Source: Candidatus Latescibacterota bacterium
GTDB taxonomy: Bacteria; Latescibacterota; UBA2968; UBA8231
Length of the DNA: 64,000 nucleotides
Direction of reading: 5' to 3'
Assembly (NCBI GenBank): GCA_965200315.1
Contig: OZ241362.1
Span: 864,001 to 928,000, forward strand
The notes under the pieces are model-generated. The model was given only the letters and a program-made list of their open reading frames with translations. It ran no database searches and was not told the DNA's origin. The stretch's first letter is position 1. The number at the start of each line of letters is the position of its first letter. Positions 9,929 to 22,567 of the stretch are shown piece by piece. The position numbers and the translations under genes were made by a program.

Positions 9929-10792
9929 ATGAGCAAGCTACCGCGCCGCAACATGGGGCGCACGGGCATGCAGCCCCGGGCACTCGGCATGGGTGCCGCC
10001 TTTGTCGGTGCATCCGGCGAGGACGAGACCATCGCCACCATCGAACGCGCGCTCGATTTAGGCATCGACTATTTCGACAGCTATGCTGGCCGCAACGAGG
10101 ACCGCTGGGGCCAGGCGCTAGCCGGTGTCGAGCGATCGAGCTATTACATGCAGGCCAAGGTCGGCCCGCACCCAGCGCACCCCAAGGACTTTTCTGCGGC
10201 GGCCACGCGCTGGAGCGTCGAACAAAGCCTGCAATCGATTCGCGTCGAGTACCTCGACGCTGTGTTAGTTCACGACCCACCCGATATTGCCGATCCGTTA
10301 GGCCCCGGTCGCGCCTTCGACGAGTTGCAGAAAATGAAGGAGGAGGGCTTGGTGCGCCACATTGGTTTGGGGGTCCGCGATCACGACTTCCACCGCGCCG
10401 CCATCGAGGCCGGCCACGCCGAGATCGTCCTCACGTTCCTCGACTACACGCTCCTCGACCAATCCGTCGCCCGCACCACCATGCGCTTGGCCAAAAAGCA
10501 CGGTACGGGCCTGATTTTGGCCAGCGTCTTCGGCATGGGCCGCTTGACCGGCATCGAGCCGAATCGGGCCGCTGAGCCGCGTGCTCACGCCATGTGGGAA
10601 TGGTGCCAAGAGCAGGACGTGGACATCAAGCACTTGGCCATGCAGTTCTGCCTCGACGCGCCCATCGACGGCATCGTCATGAGCGGCCCAGCCGACCGCC
10701 ACCAGCTCCAAGACGCGTACGACGCGGCGACTCAGGAGGTGCCTGCTGATATTTGGGCGGCGTTTGAGGAACGGTTTGGGGTTGGGATTTAG
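9929..10792 (+). CDS. Aldo/keto reductase
   Basis: RRNMGRTG, LGMG, QAKVG, LDAVLVHDP and GLVRHIGLG. Confidence 0.88.
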   Translation: MSKLPRRNMGRTGMQPRALGMGAAFVGASGEDETIATIERALDLGIDYFDSYAGRNEDRWGQALAGVERSSYYMQAKVGPHPAHPKDFSAAATRWSVEQSLQSIRVEYLDAVLVHDPPDIADPLGPGRAFDELQKMKEEGLVRHIGLGVRDHDFHRAAIEAGHAEIVLTFLDYTLLDQSVARTTMRLAKKHGTGLILASVFGMGRLTGIEPNRAAEPRAHAMWEWCQEQDVDIKHLAMQFCLDAPIDGIVMSGPADRHQLQDAYDAATQEVPADIWAAFEERFGVGI

Positions 10793-10815
10793 GAGTTGGG
10801 TTTGGTGGAGTAGAA

Positions 10816-11562
10816 ATGGATTCATCTTTACCTGAATGGCGCAGTTACTTCGCAACTGTCGCGGATTCGTATGATCGTCTCCAGCCCGTCTTAAGTCCAC
10901 CTTACAGCAAGGGTTTGGACATGATTGTGAATCTGATTCCCTTCGATGCCAATGAGGCATTCGAGTTTGTGGACCTCGGTTGTGGCACGGCCGAGCCGAC
11001 TGTGCGCGTGTTGGCACACTTCCGCCACGCCACTGGCACCTGTCTCGACAGCGAACCGGAGATGCTTGCGCTCGCTAGGCGGAAGTTGGTGTCGTATTCA
11101 GATCGGATCGAGGTGCGGGAAGCGGACATAACTAGTTGCGATATCCAGCCGTGTGATTTGGTGGTCTCGGCCAAGACCATTCACCACGTTCCTCCGGCTG
11201 ATTTGCCTGAACTTTTTGTCCGCATCACAGGCGCGCTCCGGCCGGGTGGTTGCTTTGTCCTGTACGACGCGATGTCAGTTGGGCCTCGCTGGGGAGCAAG
11301 TGTTCGGCAGCAGGCGGCGCGCTTCCGCCAGCACCATCTTCGAGACGCCGTTGCTTCAGGGGTAGCTACTCAGCAAGCGATTGACGCTAGGGTGGAATAC
11401 AAGCGAGCGATGAAGGCCGCTGGGCGGGATATTGAGTACGAACACAGCGCAGAGAACATGATCGACTCCATGACCGAGGCCGGGTTTGCTGAAGTGGCTA
11501 TCGTCTGGCGCATGTTTGCCGACGCGATTCTGCTGGCGTTCACACCGGACAAGGATGTCTGA
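10816..11562 (+). CDS. Class I SAM-dependent methyltransferase
   Basis: VDLGCGTA motif I, TIHHV and LRPGG; lower GC than flanks. Confidence 0.85.
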   Translation: MDSSLPEWRSYFATVADSYDRLQPVLSPPYSKGLDMIVNLIPFDANEAFEFVDLGCGTAEPTVRVLAHFRHATGTCLDSEPEMLALARRKLVSYSDRIEVREADITSCDIQPCDLVVSAKTIHHVPPADLPELFVRITGALRPGGCFVLYDAMSVGPRWGASVRQQAARFRQHHLRDAVASGVATQQAIDARVEYKRAMKAAGRDIEYEHSAENMIDSMTEAGFAEVAIVWRMFADAILLAFTPDKDV

Positions 11563-12162
11563 ATGAGTACATGGCGTGAATTGACGTTCTCGAACAACTC
11601 CTCAAAGGACTCGGTACTAGTTATCGAAGATGATCGGGCGAACGTACTCGCCGATCCGCTTCGTTGGCGCATCTTAAAAATTCTTGGAGCAGGGAAATCG
11701 GTCGCGGAAATTTCGCAGACGTTGGGCGTTACCGATGCTCGGGTGCTGTACCACTTGCAACGGCTGGCGCAAACAGGTGTCGTGCATTTGGAGGAATACG
11801 GAGCAACCCCCGAGGAATGGCGTTGTTTGCCAGCGGCAAGCAAAGTCCGCGTTCGAGAGACCCATTCGGCGCAAGACCAGATTGCGGAGGCCATGCCAAC
11901 GGACGTTGTTAGCCAGTTTAATCAAGCATCTCGCGAAGCTGCCGAGGGCTTATACGGTTCGACGTTCCAGATGTCAGTCAATCATAACCGCGCGCGACTT
12001 TCTCAAGAACAGGCCGCCGAATTTGGCCGCCGATTGCTGGCGCTTATAGAAGAGTACTTTCCGCCGGGGAAAGGGGATCGACAGGGCATCAAATACGGTT
12101 TCTATGGCATTCTCACTCCAATTGACCTGCATCCGCTTGAGGACTCTGAAACCGAGGAGTGA
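11563..12162 (+). CDS. ArsR-like winged-HTH transcriptional regulator
   Basis: LADPLRWRILKIL...SVAEISQTLG...VLYHLQRL; abuts the methyltransferase stop. Confidence 0.8.
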   Translation: MSTWRELTFSNNSSKDSVLVIEDDRANVLADPLRWRILKILGAGKSVAEISQTLGVTDARVLYHLQRLAQTGVVHLEEYGATPEEWRCLPAASKVRVRETHSAQDQIAEAMPTDVVSQFNQASREAAEGLYGSTFQMSVNHNRARLSQEQAAEFGRRLLALIEEYFPPGKGDRQGIKYGFYGILTPIDLHPLEDSETEE

Positions 12163-12361
12163 AGATAGGATATCTATAGGCTTGGCCTTCCTCGATTATA
12201 CAACTGGCGGGTCCAAATGATATATTAGGACGAAACGGCAATCTACAAGCTGTTAGGAGGCTCGCGATAATGCCTACGACGTGGAAAGACTACATTGAGA
12301 GCAGTTCGTACGTCGTACGTGCTACGCGGGAAACCGCCTAGCAAGAATACCCGAATCCCTG

Positions 12362-12766
12362 TGGCTCTGGTGCGTTCCGTTTCCGAAGACACATCAGACG
12401 CTTACCACACTCAGACAACAGGGATTAAAGATGGGGCTTGTCACGAACGGGGCCGTTGATTCACAGCAGCCGAAAATTGATGGTTTGGGGATCGCTCGCT
12501 ATTTCGACACCATATTGATCTCGGAAGCCGAAGGAGTCGCCAAACCGGATGCGGAAATTTTCCGTCGGGCGACCGACAACTTAGGCGTCTCGCCAGATCA
12601 AGCTGTCATGATTGGCGACAATCCAGAGGCCGACATTCGGGGTGCCAAGTCCTTTGGGATGAAAGCGATTTGGAAACGAGATGAGTACTGGGAGGCACCT
12701 GAGATTGTGGATGCGGTGATTGACGATCTCGACGAGTTGCCGAGCACAATCCGCAACCTCGCGTGA
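12362..12766 (+). pseudogene. HAD-superfamily hydrolase, 5'-truncated
   Basis: Frame reads CVPFPKTHQTLTTLRQQGLKMGLVTNG...KPDAEIF...MIGDNPEADI; motif I (DxD) is absent and there is an in-frame stop upstream. Confidence 0.75.
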
Positions 12767-12975
12767 GCTCATACTTAATTCGTATTTTGGTATAGCAAAA
12801 CAAAGCCCACTTTTGCGGATGCACTCGCTTGGTTCCGCAAACACATCTGGCAACATTCTTCAACGTCAACTCCACGCCCAGACAGGCAAAAACCAACAGC
12901 GGGAATCGTCGAACGCCTTAGCCATATCGTTTGCTATGCTACATGAATGGATAAAGTCGAGTTTAGGGAGGAGCT

Positions 12976-13764
12976 ATGATCAGTGCCGAACAATTAAGGG
13001 TCTTTGAGGAGCGGGGTGCTGTCACCATCGACACGCCTTTGACGCCCGAAGAAATCGCCACGGCCGCGGTGGCCATCGACGTACTGCTGCCTTTTCAAGC
13101 AGCCGCACCGGACCAAGCACCGCGTTTTCGCTACGGAGCGACCTGCAATTACTACGAGCCGGCCCTACTGGACCTGATCCAGCATCCCTTCTTTGAAGCA
13201 GTCGCCAAACGAGTGCTGCGAGCCGATGCGATCCGCTTCTTCCAGACGGCGATTGTGGCCTCTTATCCCCAGCCGGGAAGCGAGTTCAGCTACGATCAGC
13301 ACACCGATATCCAGTACAACTTGGAGGATTGGGCCGCGACGCCCCGGCGAGTCGTATGCAGTTTTTTTCTGTGGTTGACCAATGTCAATGAACGGCGGGC
13401 CCCGATGATGTACCGGCCCGGCAGCCACCGCCTAGTAGCCGCCGTGCGTTCGGCCGATCCGCTGCTGCAAGACGCAATGCCGGGGGTCCAAGGCATCAAA
13501 ATGGTGAACCTGCCGCCCGAATACGCTGCGCCGCAACCGGTTTTGGCGCGAGCAGGACAGGTGACCGTGCTGACAACGTCCATGGTCCACGGTGGATCCA
13601 CCAATATAGACGACGAGCCGCGCAAGGTGTTGGTTATGACCTATACGGCGGCGGGAGTCTCGATCGGCCTACCCGAAAATCAGGCGGCGACCAAGCGAGA
13701 ATACGACTCTAAACTAAGAGAGCTTCTGAGGTCCGAACGGACACACTTAGTGGCTGAGGACTAG
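12976..13764 (+). CDS. Phytanoyl-CoA dioxygenase family (Fe/2OG) protein
   Basis: HxD (QHTD), PGSH and distal His (MVHGG); RBS GGAGGAG. Confidence 0.85.
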   Translation: MISAEQLRVFEERGAVTIDTPLTPEEIATAAVAIDVLLPFQAAAPDQAPRFRYGATCNYYEPALLDLIQHPFFEAVAKRVLRADAIRFFQTAIVASYPQPGSEFSYDQHTDIQYNLEDWAATPRRVVCSFFLWLTNVNERRAPMMYRPGSHRLVAAVRSADPLLQDAMPGVQGIKMVNLPPEYAAPQPVLARAGQVTVLTTSMVHGGSTNIDDEPRKVLVMTYTAAGVSIGLPENQAATKREYDSKLRELLRSERTHLVAED

Positions 13765-13773
13765 CAGTGCATA

Positions 13774-14667
13774 TTAGCCGCGATCTCGCCGTCGGGCTTG
13801 GAATCGCTCGGCATACACCATGCCGAGCACACCGGCCAAGATCAAAACCCCACCACCTGTTAGGCTCCAAGTCACTGGCTCCCCCAAGACCCAGTGAGCC
13901 AGCGCGATCTGCCCGATGGGTGCCGTAGCGGTCAACGTGCCAACCAGCACGGCACTCAACCGTTTCATGCCCTCCGAGACCAAAACAAACGCACAGCCAG
14001 TGGCCAACACGCCCAGAATGAGCATCACAATCCACGTGGTCGCCGTCGGCTCCGAGCGCAGTTGAAAATGGGTCGCGGCGAGTGCGCCGGTGACCACCAC
14101 ACCCATCGCCATCATTGGGGCCAGTATCGCTGCGGTCCCCACTCGCTGTGCAAGTGCCTTGTTGGCGAGCGCGTAGATCCCCCAGCCCAGCCCAGCCAAC
14201 AGCATCAGCACATTGCCCAAAACATAGCGCGGTGCGAACAGGTGGCTCATATCCTCGCGCACCCCCACGATCACCGCGACTCCAGCCAGTACCAGCGCCA
14301 TACCTACCATTTTCCCTGCACCCAACCGCTCGCGCAGCACGGCGACGGCTAGCACCGTCAGCGCGACGTATTGCACTTGGACGACCAACGAGCCAGCGCT
14401 GGCCGTGGTATAACTCAGCGACCGCGCATAGAGCGAGAAGTTCAGGCTCATGCCCAGCCCCCCGATCAGATGCCACCAAGACCATTGAATGTCCCGCAGG
14501 TTATGGCCGCGTGCGAAAAAGGCGGCCGACACGACCGCCGTACCTTGTAGCAACCGGAGAAAGGCGATAGTGAACGGATCAAAAACGAAAAATAGCAATT
14601 TCACCAGCACCGGGATGACGCTCCATAACGCGAACACCCCCAGCATACACAGTATCCCGATCCCCAT
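13774..14667 (-). CDS. DMT/EamA family transporter
   Basis: About 10 hydrophobic helices in two repeats (AFLR, LRERL, LGEP). Confidence 0.9.
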   Translation of the reverse strand: MGIGILCMLGVFALWSVIPVLVKLLFFVFDPFTIAFLRLLQGTAVVSAAFFARGHNLRDIQWSWWHLIGGLGMSLNFSLYARSLSYTTASAGSLVVQVQYVALTVLAVAVLRERLGAGKMVGMALVLAGVAVIVGVREDMSHLFAPRYVLGNVLMLLAGLGWGIYALANKALAQRVGTAAILAPMMAMGVVVTGALAATHFQLRSEPTATTWIVMLILGVLATGCAFVLVSEGMKRLSAVLVGTLTATAPIGQIALAHWVLGEPVTWSLTGGGVLILAGVLGMVYAERFQARRRDRG

Positions 14668-14975
14668 CCTGCCGATCCCTCTCCTCTAGGTAGGGTGTAG
14701 TCCTCGCCATTGACGCCTCGGATCGCTGAAATCTTGGGCGATGACAAATAAACCTAACTTGTGGCTGCACTGCAATTTAGATCACTGTCGTTTACTTAGG
14801 ATGGCACTTTTCCTCAGCATCACTGGCTAGGCGCTCGAGCATATATCCCAGCCAGTACTTCAGGTCCTCATCAAGACGTTAGGCAACGACGGCAGTTCTT
14901 GACCGAGTGCAGACGGTACGATACCTTGGGCATAAAAGGATTCTTGGACGACTAATCTAAAACGATTTACTGAAT

Positions 14976-15686
14976 GTGAACACGAATTCAGAGGATTTGG
15001 TAGCGAATCACTTGCCTATAATTTGGAGGTCTGGAATCAAGCATGATGCAGCCAAGGTCATGGCGTTTACTCGCGAGGGTGGATTGTACCGGAATGGATT
15101 GGGTGAGATGGCCGAAATAGAAGATCGTTATCTTTATCCATTATTAAAATCGTCTGATCTTGGTAACGGTCGAATCGTGCCGCGTAAGGCTGTTTTAGTC
15201 ACGCAGAAATATATAGGCGATGACACATCGATAATCGAGAACGAGGCTCCTAAGACATGGCAGTATCTGATCGACCATGCGGCGACTCTCGACGATCGAA
15301 AAAGATCGATCTCTTCATGGAAAGTCGCGACTTCGGGCTTATATAAGTCTTGCTCGTTTTCAGTTGTCCCACCATTGGCGAATCGTCCGGTTATGGTGGA
15401 CGGTACTTGTTACTCAATTCCATGTAACACAGAGGCTGAAGCGCGTTTGCTTCGCGACTCACTCTCATCCGAACCTGCACTTGCATTTCTTCGATCTTTA
15501 GTATTCGCAGATGCGAAGCGACCGATCACTATTGATATATTGCGACGTATCTCATTTGTCGCTATAGCACAACAACTTGGCAGGCTGGAAGAATTGGGAC
15601 AATTCATCCACTCAGCAGAACCAAACTTCGAGACAGAACAACAAATGGCGTTGCTCATGGAACCAAGGTTAAGCTACCCTATCTGA
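14976..15686 (+). pseudogene. C-terminal remnant of a restriction-modification DNA methyltransferase (M.NspV-like family, by recollection)
   Basis: WRSGIKHD, YPLLKSSDL, VTQ, APKTWQYL, SGLYK, PVMVDGTCY and AKRPITIDIL; no SAM-binding or NPPx motifs; low GC. Confidence 0.65.
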
Positions 15687-15693
15687 GATTATC

Positions 15694-15713
15694 CTAAACA
15701 AGAAATTGTTTAG
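15694..15713. promoter_or_regulatory. Palindrome with perfect 8-bp arms, candidate operator or hairpin
   Basis: CTAAACAA-GAAA-TTGTTTAG, 23 bp upstream of the SPL-like gene. Confidence 0.45.
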
Positions 15714-15736
15714 ATTAATCATCCGCTCGCCGCCTC

Positions 15737-16744
15737 ATGTTCGATTTTATTTACGCCGAAGAGTCCATCCTCGACCACCCGCGCACTCGTGCCGTGATCG
15801 ACCGCTTCCCCCGCGCTCAGCTAGTCCCCTGCGCCCGCTACGGCGAGGTCTTCAACCGCACGGCGCAAAACTTCCGCCTACAAAAGCGCCGCCCCGCGCT
15901 CATCCTCGCCCACAAGGCCGGGCGGCGCGTTCTCGCGGCTCCCGACGGCTACGGCATCGGTGGCGAGCGCAATTACTATTTCTCGCACCTGCTCAACTGT
16001 CCCTACGACTGCCGCTACTGCTTCCTCCAAGGCCTGTATCGCTCGGCTCACTTGGTCCTCTTTGTCAACTACGATGACTTCCAACAGGACATGGCCGCGC
16101 ACATCGCTGAGGACGCACCTGACGCTCCCTATTTCTTCTCCGGCTACGACTGCGACAGCCTCGCGCTAGAGGGTATTACCCACTTTACAGCCGGTTTCCT
16201 CCCCTTCTTTGCCGACCACCCGCAGGCGTACTTTGAACTGCGCACCAAAAGCGTGCGCATCAAGACCTTACTCGCCACTGAGCCTCTGCCCAATTGCGTC
16301 GTCGCCTTCAGCATGACCCCGCCGGCGCTTGCCGACCAATTCGAGGTTGGTGCGCCACCAGTCGCTCGACGCTTGGAGGCCATCGCCGCCCTGCAAGAAC
16401 GCGGCTGGCCTATTGGGCTGCGCTTTGATCCGCTGCTCTACGACCGCGCCTACGAGGAGCACTACCGCGACCTGTTCGCCCTCGTGTTCTCCAAGGTGAG
16501 CCGCAACGGTCTGCACTCGGTCAGCTTGGGCCAGTTCCGCCTGCCGCACGGCATGTACAAAACCATGCACAAGCTCTACCCGGACGAAAAACTCCTCGCC
16601 TATGGCTTGGAGGAAAAAGGCGGCATGGTCTCCTACCGGCCCGCCTTGGCCAAAAGGCTACACGACTTTTGCGCGAATCAATTGCTCCAGTACATTCCCG
16701 CCGAGCGATTCTTCCCCTGTCCGTCCACCACCCTACAGGGCTGA
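15737..16744 (+). CDS. Spore photoproduct lyase-like radical SAM protein
   Basis: NCPYDCRYCFLQG (CxxxCxxC), DCDSLA, ELRTKS and GLRFDP. Confidence 0.88.
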   Translation: MFDFIYAEESILDHPRTRAVIDRFPRAQLVPCARYGEVFNRTAQNFRLQKRRPALILAHKAGRRVLAAPDGYGIGGERNYYFSHLLNCPYDCRYCFLQGLYRSAHLVLFVNYDDFQQDMAAHIAEDAPDAPYFFSGYDCDSLALEGITHFTAGFLPFFADHPQAYFELRTKSVRIKTLLATEPLPNCVVAFSMTPPALADQFEVGAPPVARRLEAIAALQERGWPIGLRFDPLLYDRAYEEHYRDLFALVFSKVSRNGLHSVSLGQFRLPHGMYKTMHKLYPDEKLLAYGLEEKGGMVSYRPALAKRLHDFCANQLLQYIPAERFFPCPSTTLQG

Positions 16745-16745
16745 T

Positions 16746-17456
16746 ATGCGCGTCTTAGTCACTGGGGCCAGTTCTGGCATTGGCCGCGCCGTCTGCGAAA
16801 GGCTGCTCGCCGACGGCCAGCGCGCCATTGGTATTGCCCGCGACTTCGACAAGTTCCCCTGCGATGACCGCGGCTTTGCAGCGCACGAGATGGACCTCGC
16901 CGACCTCGACCGACTCCCCGCCCATCTACAGGCTCTCGTCGCCGCCTACCCAGCCCTTGATGCCCTAGTCCTCAATGCCGGTGTCGGCCGCTTTGGCACC
17001 TTAGAGCAATTCTCCTACGAGCAAATCCGCGCCCTGATTGACCTCAACTTCACCAGTCACGTCTTCGTCGCCCGCGCCTTCCTCCCCACCCTCAAAAAGG
17101 CCGGGCGCGGACACTTGGTCTTTATGGGATCGGAAGCCGCGCTCGCTGGCACGGCTCAAGGCAGCTTGTACTGCGCGGCCAAATTCGCCCTGCGCGGCCT
17201 CGCCCAAGCCTTGCGCGCCGAGTGCGCCCGCGCTGGCGTCCGCGTCACATTGGTCAACCCCGGCATGGTCCAGTCCCCCTTCTTCAACGCATTGGACTTC
17301 CAGCCAGGCCCAGCGCCCGACAACTACATCCTGCCGGAAGACGTCGCCGCGGTCATCGTCCAAGCTCTGACCGCACGCGACGGCACAGTACTCGACGAGA
17401 TCAACCTCTCGCCGCAAAAAAAAGTGATCGAGTTTGGCACGCGGAAGCGTTCTTAA
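16746..17456 (+). CDS. Short-chain dehydrogenase/reductase
   Basis: MRVLVTGASSGIG, LNAG and YCAAK; starts 1 bp after the rSAM stop. Confidence 0.92.
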   Translation: MRVLVTGASSGIGRAVCERLLADGQRAIGIARDFDKFPCDDRGFAAHEMDLADLDRLPAHLQALVAAYPALDALVLNAGVGRFGTLEQFSYEQIRALIDLNFTSHVFVARAFLPTLKKAGRGHLVFMGSEAALAGTAQGSLYCAAKFALRGLAQALRAECARAGVRVTLVNPGMVQSPFFNALDFQPGPAPDNYILPEDVAAVIVQALTARDGTVLDEINLSPQKKVIEFGTRKRS

Positions 17457-17475
17457 AAACTAGGGAAGCTAACGA

Positions 17476-18270
17476 ATGCTCCAACGCACCCTCCTCATCC
17501 TGCTCGTCGCCACCTGCACCCTCGCGTCCGGCTGCGCCACCGTCCGCCGCGAGTTGGGCTACGCCCTGATTTCCGACAAAACCGAAATCAAACTCGGCGC
17601 GAAATTCGCCGCCCAAATCGAAGCCCAACAACGCCTTCACCCCGACCGCGGCCTCCAGGCCTACATCCAGCGCGTCACCAAGGCCCTGCTTCCCCCGGCC
17701 CTAGAAGACCGCCCCGGCATCCGCTACCGCGTTAAAGTCCTCGACGATCCTAAAGAAATAAACGCCTTCGCCGTTCTCGGCGGCTATCTCTACGTCTATA
17801 GCGGCCTACTACTAATTGCCGAAGACGAGGCCGAACTGGCCGGAGTCCTCGCCCACGAGATCGGCCACATCGTCGGCCGCCACTCCGCCAACCAACTCGC
17901 CGCCCGCTTCGGCATGGACTTCCTCACCAGCCTCGCCCTCGGCGCAGACCCCTACCAACTCGGCCAGATCGCTTCCCAACTCAGTAGTGCCCGCTTCAGC
18001 CGCGACGACGAGCGCGAAGCCGATACCTTCGGCGTCCGCTACGCCATCGAGGCTGGGTACGACCCGCGCGGCCTGCTGCGCTTTTTTGAAAAACTGAAAA
18101 AACTCGAAGCGCAGCGGCGTTCTGATTTAGAAAAGCTCTTCGCCAGTCATCCGCCTACCGGCGAGCGCATCCGCCGCATCGAGCGCCTGATTGACCAGTA
18201 CGGCGCCAGCGGGGACCAGCGCTACCGCGCACGGTTTGTGCGCGAGACCGCCATTCTGCGGCGCAAGTAG
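17476..18270 (+). CDS. M48 family metalloprotease lipoprotein
   Basis: LASGC lipobox, INAFA, AHEIGH (HExxH), EREAD and SHP. Confidence 0.92.
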   Translation: MLQRTLLILLVATCTLASGCATVRRELGYALISDKTEIKLGAKFAAQIEAQQRLHPDRGLQAYIQRVTKALLPPALEDRPGIRYRVKVLDDPKEINAFAVLGGYLYVYSGLLLIAEDEAELAGVLAHEIGHIVGRHSANQLAARFGMDFLTSLALGADPYQLGQIASQLSSARFSRDDEREADTFGVRYAIEAGYDPRGLLRFFEKLKKLEAQRRSDLEKLFASHPPTGERIRRIERLIDQYGASGDQRYRARFVRETAILRRK

Positions 18271-18340
18271 CACCCCATTGTCCCGGTTCAATCCAATCCC
18301 TACCTTCTTGGCGTTTTCTCACGTCGCCAAGGAAATCTAA

Positions 18341-19351
18341 ATGCCCCTCGTCTTCCTCCTGCTCCTGACCTTGCTGCCCGGCGCACTCCCAAGCCAAGAG
18401 CGCCCGCCGACGCCGGTCATCGTCGCCGAGGTCCTCGAACAACCGCTCGTCGAAGCCCTCTCCTTTGTCGGGCGCATCCTGCCCATGCGCTCCAGCCGCG
18501 TCGCCGCCGAGACCGAGGGTCGAGTGGTCAGGCGCTTCAAGGAAGCTGGCCAAACCGTGCGCAGCGGCGATCCCCTCTTTGAATTAGCCAACGATCCACT
18601 CCAAGCCTCGCTAGCAGAAGCCCAAGCCGATTTTGAGCTACGCCAGTTTAACTACGACCGCAGCCGCCAGCTACGAGCCACCGACTCGGTCTCCGAGCAA
18701 GAGCTACGCGACGACGCCTACGAACTGGCCCGGGCCCAAGCCAAGCTAGCCGGCCTCCAAGCGCAAGTAGAAAATCTCTTCGTCCGCGCCCCCTTCTCCG
18801 GGCACATCATCCAGACCTTTACCGAGGTCGGCCAATGGGTCGGACGCGGCGGCGAGATTGGCCAAGTAATCTCCATCGACACCGTCCGCGTGTACGTCGA
18901 TGTGCCCGAACGCTACGTTTCGCAGCTCACCTTGGGCGACCGCGCCGACATCTTTGTCGATGCCCTCGGCGGCGGCCCCATTGCCGGCCTCGTGAGCGTC
19001 ATCCTCGCCGAGGGCTACGCCTCCTCCCACACCTTCCCGGTCGTCGTCGGTGCTCTCAACCCAGACGGCCGGATGCGCAGCAATATGTCCGCACAGGTGC
19101 GCTTTCAGATCGCGCAACCCACGACATCGATGCTGGTGCATAAAGACGCCCTAGTCTCCGGCCCGCAAGGACAGATAGTGTACCTCGCTCGCGACGGTAA
19201 AGCCCTCAGTCGCCCCGTCGAAACCGGACTGGCGCACAAGGGATACGTGGCCGTTACCGGCGACCTCGCGCCCGGCGATCTCGCCGTGGTGCGCGGCAAC
19301 GAGCGGCTGATGGACGGCCAAGCCGTGCGCATCATCCGCCGGCAGCCATAG
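18341..19351 (+). CDS. RND efflux periplasmic adaptor (MFP)
   Basis: Lipoyl half-motifs (EAGQTVRSGDPL, VRAPFSG), coiled coil and VETG. Confidence 0.92.
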   Translation: MPLVFLLLLTLLPGALPSQERPPTPVIVAEVLEQPLVEALSFVGRILPMRSSRVAAETEGRVVRRFKEAGQTVRSGDPLFELANDPLQASLAEAQADFELRQFNYDRSRQLRATDSVSEQELRDDAYELARAQAKLAGLQAQVENLFVRAPFSGHIIQTFTEVGQWVGRGGEIGQVISIDTVRVYVDVPERYVSQLTLGDRADIFVDALGGGPIAGLVSVILAEGYASSHTFPVVVGALNPDGRMRSNMSAQVRFQIAQPTTSMLVHKDALVSGPQGQIVYLARDGKALSRPVETGLAHKGYVAVTGDLAPGDLAVVRGNERLMDGQAVRIIRRQP

Positions 19352-19357
19352 TCCGTC

Positions 19358-22496
<3,139 letters not shown>

Positions 22497-22498
<2 letters not shown>

Positions 22499-22524
22499 AA
22501 AAACCGGCCCCCGCAAGGGCCGGT
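22497..22524 (-). terminator. Rho-independent terminator with U-tract on the minus strand
   Basis: A-run, then ACCGGCCC-CCGCAA-GGGCCGGT 8-bp stem. Confidence 0.7.
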
Positions 22525-22567
22525 CGCTGCCTATTCTCAACTCCTAATCCTGCCGGACGTCTTTGAC

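Noticed and set aside
10755-10805. G-rich tract at the AKR 3' end (possible G-quadruplex or gene-end duplication)
   Set aside because: Loops are long and irregular, and there is no convincing duplicated segment.
12826-12838. 13-bp match CGCTTGGTTCCGC to the polX 3' end (27939-27951)
   Set aside because: Compatible with chance in 64 kb of GC-rich sequence; no structural link.
14792-14878. Minus-strand peptide RLDEDLKYWLGYMLERLA..., possibly another gene-end fragment
   Set aside because: Under 30 codons, preceded by a stop, and cannot be assigned to a family.
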